64,000 nt of DNA, from positions 44,357-108,356 of the forward strand of contig CAWALJ010000007.1 in assembly GCA_963782955.1 (NCBI GenBank), given 5' to 3'. The position numbers and the translations under genes are program-made. Below the pieces are notes generated by a model. That model saw nothing but the letters and a program-made list of their open reading frames with translations, made no database searches and was not told the DNA's origin. The DNA is from an uncultured Chloroflexia bacterium (GTDB lineage: Bacteria; Chloroflexota; Chloroflexia; Thermomicrobiales; Thermomicrobiaceae). The first letter of the stretch is position 1. Each line of letters starts with the position of its first letter. Below are positions 57,384-64,000 of this stretch, piece after piece.

Positions 57384-59075
57384 CTAGAACAGGCCATAGA
57401 TGTTGCCGTCATCATCGATGTCGACCTTCAGTCCACCTGGCTTGCTGCCAAGACCAGGCATGGTGCGCATCTCACCCAGCAGCGGGTAAATGAACCCGGC
57501 TCCGGCCGAAAGCCGGACTTCTCGAACCGTCACGTCGAAACCCTGAGGTCGAGCGTTCAGTGACGGATCGGCGCTCAGCGACAGGTGAGTCTTGGCCATG
57601 CAGATCGGTAGGTTGTCGTAACCGAGCCGAGTATAGGAGCGAATGGCGCGTTCCGCGGCAGGAAGGTAGATGACATTTCCTGCGCCATAGATGCGTCTCG
57701 CAATCGTTTCGATCTTCTGTTTGATTGGCACGTCGAGCTCATACAGCGGCTGGAAGTTCGATCCTTGCTCCGTGGCCTTGACGACCGCGCGGGCGAGGTC
57801 TTCGCCTCCTTTGCCGCCCTCCGCGAAGATGTTGGTTGGCACTGCGTCCATCGCGCCCGCCCGCAGTGCCGCCCGCCGCACCGCCTCGATCTCGGCTGGC
57901 GTGTCGGTCGGGAAGAGGTTGATTGAGACCACAACGGGAACACCGAACTGCTTCACGTTCTCGATCTGCTTCTCCATGTTCGGGATGCCCTGCTCGAGCG
58001 CCTCGAGGTTCTCTTCGGTGAGTCCCGGATCGAGCGGACGGCCCGGTACGATCTTGTAGCGACCGCTGTGCGCCTTGAGCCCACGGATCGTCGCCACCAG
58101 CACGGCGGCGTCTGGCTTGAGACCGCTGACGCGACACTTGATGTCGAAGAACTTCTCAGCGCCGAGGTCGGCCCCGAACCCAGACTCAGTCACAAGAATG
58201 TCGGCAAGCTTCAGACCGATGCGGTCCGCCAAGATCGAGCTGTTGCCGTGAGCGATATTGCCAAAGGGACCAGCGTGGACCAGTGCCGGAGAGTGTTCCA
58301 GCGTCTGAAGCAAGTTCGGCTTGAGCGCGTCCACCAGCAGCGCAGCCATCGCTCCGGCAGCCCCAATGTCTTCAGCGGTGACCGGCTTCTTGTCGCGATT
58401 TTGAGCCACGACAATGCGGCCGAGCCGGCTGCGGAGATCGTGATACGAGGTCGCCAGCGCCAAAATTGCCATTACCTCGGACGCGGCCGTGATATCGAAG
58501 CGCGTCTCGCGTGGAATGCCATTGCCTGCGCCGAGCCCAATGACAATGTCTCGCAGCGAGCGATCGTTCATGTCGAGCACTCGGCCCCATTCGACCGTCT
58601 TCATATCGATGTCGAGCGGATTGCCGTGAAAAATGGAGTTGTCCAAGAAGGCGGCGAGGAGGTTGTGCGCCGCGGTGACGGCGTGCATGTCGCCGGTGAG
58701 GTGCAAATTCAAATCGGACATCGGGATGATTTGGGAATAGCCGCCACCTGCGGCGCCACCCTTGATGCCGAATACCGGACCGAGCGATGGTTGTCGCACC
58801 GCGACGAGTGAGCGACGACCGATCTTCGCCAGAGCCTGCCCGAGGCCGACGGTGACGGTCGTCTTGCCTTCACCGAGCGGAGTCGGCGTGATGGCGGTGA
58901 CGTCGACGTACTTACCGTTCGGCTTGTCCTGCAACCGCTGCAGAACGCTCAGGTTAATCTTTGCCTTGTATGGACCGTAGAACTCGACCTCACTCGGGGC
59001 CAGCCCGAGTTCCGCCGCGATCTCGGCTATTGGCTTCGGCTCTACGCTGGCCGCGATCTCACTATCGCTTGGCAC
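57384..59075 (-). CDS. fhs: formate--tetrahydrofolate ligase
   Basis: TPTPLGEGKTTVTVGL and other typical motifs. 563 aa. Confidence 0.95.
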   Translation of the reverse strand: MPSDSEIAASVEPKPIAEIAAELGLAPSEVEFYGPYKAKINLSVLQRLQDKPNGKYVDVTAITPTPLGEGKTTVTVGLGQALAKIGRRSLVAVRQPSLGPVFGIKGGAAGGGYSQIIPMSDLNLHLTGDMHAVTAAHNLLAAFLDNSIFHGNPLDIDMKTVEWGRVLDMNDRSLRDIVIGLGAGNGIPRETRFDITAASEVMAILALATSYHDLRSRLGRIVVAQNRDKKPVTAEDIGAAGAMAALLVDALKPNLLQTLEHSPALVHAGPFGNIAHGNSSILADRIGLKLADILVTESGFGADLGAEKFFDIKCRVSGLKPDAAVLVATIRGLKAHSGRYKIVPGRPLDPGLTEENLEALEQGIPNMEKQIENVKQFGVPVVVSINLFPTDTPAEIEAVRRAALRAGAMDAVPTNIFAEGGKGGEDLARAVVKATEQGSNFQPLYELDVPIKQKIETIARRIYGAGNVIYLPAAERAIRSYTRLGYDNLPICMAKTHLSLSADPSLNARPQGFDVTVREVRLSAGAGFIYPLLGEMRTMPGLGSKPGGLKVDIDDDGNIYGLF

Positions 59076-59140
59076 TGTACAGTGCTCCTCTCAACGACTG
59101 ATTCTCTGGACTTTCAAAAACCTTCAACCGGTCTAGTACC

Positions 59141-59998
59141 TCAGACTGACTGCTTCGTCAGCGCGTTTCGCATCGCTGCGACGGTGTTTCGCATTAGCAC
59201 CGCATTGGTCACCACTCCCGTCCCTCCGGGGACTGGAGTGAATGCCCCAGCCACCTCCGCCACGGCAGGATCGGCGTCGCCAACCATCTGACCGTCCTGA
59301 ACGTTCACCCCGAAATCGATGACCGTCGTTCCGGGACGAATCATTTCCCGTGTCAGCAATCCAGCGCGCCCTGCCGCCAGCGCCACGATGTCGGCACTGC
59401 AGGTATACGTTCGAAGGTCCGGCGTCAGACTGTGGCAAATGGTCACGGTTGCGTCCTCCGCGAGCAGCATCGCGGCCAGCGGTTTGCCGACGACCAGACT
59501 GCGACCGACGATCACCACGTGGCGACCGGCGATCGGGATTCCGTAGTGATGCAGGATCTCGACGCCTCCACGAGGTGTGCTCGGTTCTAGCGAAGACTCG
59601 CCCGCCTGCAGCCGACCGGCATTGAGCAGCGTCATCCCGTCGACGTCCTTGTCGGGACTCACGATCTCGGAAGGACGGTTCTTCGGCAGGTGTCGCGGCA
59701 GAGGCTGGAGGATCATCATTCCCGCTACCGCCGGGTCTTCATTCAGTTGGCAAACCGCGCGATCGAACTCGTCAAGCGATGTGGTCTCCGCCAAGTTGAC
59801 GAGTTCAAACGGAAGTTCGATCGACTTCGCCGTACGGCGGATGGCTCGGGCGTAGGCTGCTGCTCCCGGGTCCTCGCCGACCATTATCACAGTCAATCGG
59901 GGGAGTTCTGGATGTTGCGTGGCGAGTTGCGCGATTTCGTCACGCAGGCCACTGAGTATGTCACGCGATACTGGCCGGCCTTCCAGCAACTGGGCCAC
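59141..59998 (-). CDS. folD: bifunctional methylene-THF dehydrogenase / methenyl-THF cyclohydrolase
   Basis: VGEDPGAAAY, GRSLVVGKPLAAML and PVPGGTG motifs. Confidence 0.95.
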   Translation of the reverse strand: MAQLLEGRPVSRDILSGLRDEIAQLATQHPELPRLTVIMVGEDPGAAAYARAIRRTAKSIELPFELVNLAETTSLDEFDRAVCQLNEDPAVAGMMILQPLPRHLPKNRPSEIVSPDKDVDGMTLLNAGRLQAGESSLEPSTPRGGVEILHHYGIPIAGRHVVIVGRSLVVGKPLAAMLLAEDATVTICHSLTPDLRTYTCSADIVALAAGRAGLLTREMIRPGTTVIDFGVNVQDGQMVGDADPAVAEVAGAFTPVPGGTGVVTNAVLMRNTVAAMRNALTKQSV

Positions 59999-60001
59999 TA
60001 C

Positions 60002-60682
60002 CTAGCTTCCTTTCGTTTCGCCGGTGATTGTCTTCGTGGCCCGTTCCAGCACGCGTTCGGCAATCTCCGCCGCGGATCTCCTGATGTTCGCTACCTCCTG
60101 TCTCAGTGAGGCAGCCTGTTCATCTTCGACGTAGGCGAGGTTGGCGTCAACGGTGAGCAGCGCGGCTTCGATCGCGCCACGCGCAAGTGCCGCCGCGGCA
60201 CCCAGATCACTGATGGTGAATCGGGAGGCGAACTCCAGGCCGCTTTCAATGCATTGCATAAAAGTCAACGCCTCGCGACTAAGCTCCAGCGGGGCTTCTG
60301 CCGCGCGTACGTACGACCGTTGCAGCATCGACTGCGCCTGCTCCGGATCGTTCGGTTTCACTGCTTTCGCCTCGCGCTGCGTGGCGACCAGTTCGGAGAA
60401 AGCCGCCACGTCTCGGTCGGCCGCCCCTTCAAAGGAATGGCGGTGCCGCTCGACATTGTCGAGAAGCGTCGCGATTTCCTGGCGATGATCGGCCAACGAC
60501 TTACGCCTCACCGCCAGGCGCAGTACCAGCTCGGCCGACGCGGCAGCGCCAGCCAACGTGGTACCAGCGATCACACCACCCCCCGAGTTGTAGTCGGTGC
60601 TGGCCACCTGGGCCACAACATCTCGTACCGGTAGATCGATCAGGTCCGGCAGGGCCGCCTTGTCTGGCGTGTTTTCGGTCAC
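60002..60682 (-). CDS. cyclodeaminase/cyclohydrolase-family protein (FTCD C-terminal domain, FchA-like)
   Basis: SGGGVIAGTTLAGAAASAELVLRLA matches the family pattern. Start set at GTG 60682 (GGAG SD), because an extended -10 (60740-60748, minus strand) lies inside the longer ORF-track call. Confidence 0.75.
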   Translation of the reverse strand: MTENTPDKAALPDLIDLPVRDVVAQVASTDYNSGGGVIAGTTLAGAAASAELVLRLAVRRKSLADHRQEIATLLDNVERHRHSFEGAADRDVAAFSELVATQREAKAVKPNDPEQAQSMLQRSYVRAAEAPLELSREALTFMQCIESGLEFASRFTISDLGAAAALARGAIEAALLTVDANLAYVEDEQAASLRQEVANIRRSAAEIAERVLERATKTITGETKGS

Positions 60683-60739
60683 CGTTCTGGGCTCCACTTC
60701 AGCCAAATCGCGCGCGAATGCGCAGAAACACAACTCATC

Positions 60740-60748
60740 GAGTATAGC
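60740..60748 (-). promoter_or_regulatory. extended -10 element TGcTATACT for the fchA-folD-fhs operon
   Basis: Reverse complement of agtatagca. About 58 nt upstream of GTG 60682. Confidence 0.45.
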
Positions 60749-60835
60749 ACCGCTCTGACATTTCTCAGTCCACCCGGACACTCCTGTCTCGATGTTGTAT
60801 TGAAGATGTCGCGAACATGCCATGTTGACAGCTGA

Positions 60836-60853
60836 TTGTGGATAACGTGGATA
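60836..60853. promoter_or_regulatory. two contiguous DnaA-box-like 9-mers TGTGGATAA CGTGGATAA
   Basis: The first is a perfect complement of TTATCCACA; the second has one terminal mismatch. Also readable as a perfect tandem GTGGATAAC x2. Confidence 0.5.
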
Positions 60854-60856
60854 ACA

Positions 60857-60885
60857 CTTGACAGTCTGGCACGCTGTACGTATAC
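60857..60885 (+). promoter_or_regulatory. near-consensus sigma70 promoter TTGACA-17-TATACT of the XRE regulator
   Basis: ttgaca gtctggcacgctgtacg tatact read directly. Confidence 0.65.
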
Positions 60886-60907
60886 TGTTGGCAATGAGGA
60901 AATGTGT

Positions 60908-60928
60908 TCGTTCGCTGTTGGCGAACGA
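60908..60928. promoter_or_regulatory. palindrome TCGTTCGC-N5-GCGAACGA in the XRE regulator 5' UTR
   Basis: 8-nt perfect arms between the -10 and the AGGAGG SD. Same core as 7196-7215. Confidence 0.5.
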
Positions 60929-60948
60929 GGCAGTCAGGAGGTTGTCCG

Positions 60949-61389
60949 GTGGACATCAGAGACGGATTCGTTGACCTGGGGTTCGCTCAACTGCTCAAGC
61001 AATACCGGGAGGGATCGCGCATTTCTCAGAGTCGACTTGCCGAGTCGTCGGGTTTTGACCACAGTTACGTGAGTCGACTTGAGAGTGGTCACCGCATGCC
61101 AACTCGCGACGCAGTGGTGAAGTTCGCGGATGCGCTTGGGTTGGTTCCTGCCGAGCGAGATAATCTGCTTGCGGCCGCTGGCTTTATGCCGCAGCGGGTT
61201 GAGAGCTTGCTTGCCGAGGAGCCGATTCTGACCGAGGTCTTCCGGTTGCTGCAAAGCCGGGATGTTCCGGAAGGTGTTCGGGAGGATGTCCGTCAGATGC
61301 TGCAGCTGGTGGTGCGGCAGGCGCGACTGGCGGCACAGGGTTGGCCGACAGGGCCTGGCACGACGCCAGACACCATCGCGGCCGATTAG
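60949..61389 (+). CDS. XRE-family helix-turn-helix transcriptional regulator
   Basis: ISQSRLAESSGFDHSYVSRLESGHRMPTRDAVVKFADALGL. GTG 60949 lies 7 nt after AGGAGG. Confidence 0.8.
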   Translation: MDIRDGFVDLGFAQLLKQYREGSRISQSRLAESSGFDHSYVSRLESGHRMPTRDAVVKFADALGLVPAERDNLLAAAGFMPQRVESLLAEEPILTEVFRLLQSRDVPEGVREDVRQMLQLVVRQARLAAQGWPTGPGTTPDTIAAD

Positions 61390-61579
61390 TCTTCACGTCG
61401 GCTGTCCATCAGCGCGAAAGCGGGCCGCAACGCGGCTGCGTGTGGGGCGCGTTGACTGTGGCCAACGAAAGATCGACGTGCGACTGAGTTCGGGCGTTCC
61501 CGAGTCTGTTCGTACAAGGCATACTTACCGGCAGAAACGTTGACGCTCGTTTTGGGGTTCATGGAGGGAGTGACGCGCC

Positions 61580-64000
61580 GTGCGTCAGTTCGCGCACTTG
61601 CACCTGCACACCGAATTCTCGCTGCTCGACGGAATGGGGCGTATCAATGACTACATGACGCGAGCGCGAGAATACGGCATGCAGCATCTGGCGATCACGG
61701 ATCACGGCGTCATGTATGGGGTCGTCGACTGGTACAAGGCGGCCAAGGCGAACGATCTCCATCCGATTCTTGGCATTGAGGCGTACCTTGCGCCGAACGC
61801 GATCTCGAGCCGTGACAAGAGCTCGTATCACCTGCTGCTTCTGGCCGAAAATGCGCGAGGCTACAACAATCTGCTGAAGCTGGCCAGCCGGGCCAGCCTC
61901 GATGGCTTCTACTACAAGCCGCGCGTCGACCTGGATATGCTCAACGAACTGCGTGATGGCGTCATTTGCACGTCTGCTTGCCTCGGCGGTCCCGTCGCCA
62001 ACAACTTCCTCAATGGCAAAGATGAGGAAGCCGTTCGCATGGCGAAGACGTTGCGGGACATGTTCGGTCCCAAACACTTCTACGTTGAAATTCAGGATCA
62101 CGGGATCGATGGCCAACGTCAGACAAACCCCCAGCTAATCGAGTTGGCGCGCAAGCTCGAATTACCGCTGGTGGCGACCAATGACGTGCACTACGTCAAT
62201 CGAGAGGACGCCGCTGCGCAAGAGCTACTTGTTTGCGTGCAGACCAACACGACACTCGACGACCCGAAACGCCTGCGCATGGAATCGGATCAGCTCTACT
62301 TCAAGAGTCCGGACGAAATGTGGCGGATCTTCGGCGACATCCCGGAAGCTCTCGAAAACACCATCGCGATCGCCGAGCGCTGTAACGTCGACATGGAGTT
62401 CGGCCGGCTGCATTTACCTGACCCGGGCATACCCGACGGCGTGACCGCGCACGAGCATCTCGTCAACCTTTGCTGGACCGGTGTCAAAGAGCGCTACGCT
62501 GAGTTGACCGACGAGGTTCGACAGCGGCTCGAATATGAGCTCGACGTCATTCAGACCACGGGCTTTTCCAGTTACATGCTCATCGTCCGCGACTTCGCCC
62601 AGTTCGCACGCAACAATCGAATTCCGTTCGGAGTCCGCGGTAGTGCCGCGGCCAGTATTGTTCTCTACTGCCTGGGTATCACCGACATCGACCCGCTGGC
62701 GAACCGGCTCGTTTTCGAGCGGTTCCTTAATATTGAGCGCCGAGAGATGCCGGATATCGACATGGACTTCGCCGACAACCGACGTGGCGAGGTGATCGAT
62801 TATGTGGCCAAGAAATACGGTCACGATCGCGTTGCGCAGATCATCACCTTCGGGACGATGGGCGCCAAAGCCTCGTTGCGAGATGTCGGTCGAGCCATGG
62901 GTTGGGCGTATGGGGACGTCGATCGCATTGCGCGGCTGATTCCGCAGACGCTGAATATGACCATTGACAAGGCCCTGGCCGAAAGTGGCGAGCTCCATCA
63001 ACTCTACGATCAGGACACGCGATCTCGCGAGCTGATCGACCGAGCGAAGCAGCTCGAAGGTATCTCGCGTCATGCCGGAACGCACGCCGCCGGGGTGGTT
63101 ATTTCGGCGGATCCGCTGGTCGATCACTTGCCGCTACAGCGCCCGGCGCGCCAGGAAGAGGGCGCGCTACCGACCACGCAGTTCACCATGGAGACCGTCG
63201 CCGAGATCGGCCTGCTGAAGATGGACTTCCTGGGCCTGGCCAACTTGACCATTCTGGGTGAAGCGGTCGAGATCATCCGCGAGCGGCATGGCATCGAGAT
63301 CGATCCGAAGCACTTGCCGGAAGACGATGCCAAGACCTTCGAAATTCTGGCCAATGGCGAGACTTTCGGTGTGTTCCAGTTGGAGAGCGCCGGAATGCGG
63401 CGCTACATTCGCGAGCTTCGTCCGGGTTCCGTGGCCGAGCTCGCGGCCATGGTGGCGCTCTATCGGCCAGGTCCAATGCAGCACATTCCAACTTACTGCC
63501 GGGCCAAGCATGGCGAGGAGCCGATCCACTATCCACATCAGGACCTGGCGTCGATTCTCGACGAAACCTATGGAGTGATCGTTTACCAGGACCAGGTGCT
63601 CCTCATCGCTCAGAAGTTCGCGGGCTACACACTTGGCGAAGCGGACATCATGCGCAAGGCAATGGGCAAGAAGATCCCGGAGAAGATGGCAGCCGAGCGA
63701 GTGCGGTTCATCGAGGGTGCGGGCGCCAAGGGATACAGCAAAGAAGACGCCGAAACGATCTTCAACTTGATCGAACCGTTTGCTGGTTATGCCTTCAATA
63801 AGGCGCATGCAACTTGCTACGGTTCGATCTCGTATCAGACTGCCTACCTCAAAGCGAACTACGCGCCGGAGTACATGACGGCTGTCTTTCGGCTTGCATC
63901 GAGCCACCCCTCCGGAACCGCCAGTCGCGTGGCGGCAGCGGCGGCCGAATGTGCCAAGTTGGGTATTCGCGTCTTGCCGCCGGATATCAACCGCAGCCAG
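61580..64000 (+). CDS. dnaE: DNA polymerase III alpha subunit, 5' part (runs off the window)
   Basis: Not in the ORF track (no stop in window). My translation from GTG 61580 (GGAGGGAG SD) gives VRQFAHLHLHTEFSLLDGMGRI (PHP domain) ...GVRGSAAASIVLYCLGIT...DIDMDF...HAAGVVIS...LLKMDFLGL...VFQLES...YRPGP. Confidence 0.92.
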   Translation, partial: MRQFAHLHLHTEFSLLDGMGRINDYMTRAREYGMQHLAITDHGVMYGVVDWYKAAKANDLHPILGIEAYLAPNAISSRDKSSYHLLLLAENARGYNNLLKLASRASLDGFYYKPRVDLDMLNELRDGVICTSACLGGPVANNFLNGKDEEAVRMAKTLRDMFGPKHFYVEIQDHGIDGQRQTNPQLIELARKLELPLVATNDVHYVNREDAAAQELLVCVQTNTTLDDPKRLRMESDQLYFKSPDEMWRIFGDIPEALENTIAIAERCNVDMEFGRLHLPDPGIPDGVTAHEHLVNLCWTGVKERYAELTDEVRQRLEYELDVIQTTGFSSYMLIVRDFAQFARNNRIPFGVRGSAAASIVLYCLGITDIDPLANRLVFERFLNIERREMPDIDMDFADNRRGEVIDYVAKKYGHDRVAQIITFGTMGAKASLRDVGRAMGWAYGDVDRIARLIPQTLNMTIDKALAESGELHQLYDQDTRSRELIDRAKQLEGISRHAGTHAAGVVISADPLVDHLPLQRPARQEEGALPTTQFTMETVAEIGLLKMDFLGLANLTILGEAVEIIRERHGIEIDPKHLPEDDAKTFEILANGETFGVFQLESAGMRRYIRELRPGSVAELAAMVALYRPGPMQHIPTYCRAKHGEEPIHYPHQDLASILDETYGVIVYQDQVLLIAQKFAGYTLGEADIMRKAMGKKIPEKMAAERVRFIEGAGAKGYSKEDAETIFNLIEPFAGYAFNKAHATCYGSISYQTAYLKANYAPEYMTAVFRLASSHPSGTASRVAAAAAECAKLGIRVLPPDINRSQ

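Noticed and set aside
61559-63907. Three minus-strand ORFs of 185, 237 and 246 aa
   Set aside because: All are antisense to the plus-strand dnaE reading frame. That frame is open to the window edge and carries PHP and polymerase motifs.

Overview
GC-rich, almost fully coding bacterial chromosomal window: about 60 protein genes and 4 tRNAs. I found no rRNA, CRISPR array, transposase, integrase or obvious prophage. Content is mostly core housekeeping. It includes a co-linear rplI-dnaB-dnaD-like-dnaI-like block, rlmB-cysS, polA, a MoxR/DUF58/transglutaminase module with rbsK, a membrane pyrophosphatase and a caa3-type cytochrome oxidase operon. It also holds acs, a family-5 ABC importer without ATPase genes, an FtsX-type ABC pair with a lipoprotein, and a tRNA Phe-Val-Leu cluster. 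Further along are a tightly coupled TPR plus three-glycosyltransferase operon, ruvB-queA, pckA, a cyclophilin, dnaN-recF and tRNA-Gln. The window ends with a two-subunit class I fumarase fused to an sdh/frd BACD operon, the fchA-folD-fhs C1-folate operon, an XRE regulator and the 5' part of dnaE. Two genes are missing from the ORF track because the window edges cut them: a hypothetical protein at 1-1035 and dnaE at 61580-64000. DnaD/DnaI-type loaders, Tat-lipoprotein binding proteins and GAAC-N4-GTTC operators fit a Terrabacteria lineage, possibly Chloroflexota or Thermomicrobia-like, but I cannot verify this. The best candidate for something undescribed is a small cassette next to dnaN (47647-48595). 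There a near-consensus promoter carries a LexA-type palindrome and drives a 199-aa protein with Rad52/Sak-like sequence features plus a 75-aa partner. A perfect CGAAC-N4-GTTCG box at the ruvB promoter supports the SOS reading. Other points worth checking are an Sdh/Frd flavoprotein lacking the covalent-FAD histidine and co-operonic with an Fe-S fumarase, tandem DnaA-box-like 9-mers at the XRE promoter beside dnaE, a palindrome shared by two distant leaders, and several long gene-free gaps. All functional calls rest on motif recognition by eye; no searches were run.
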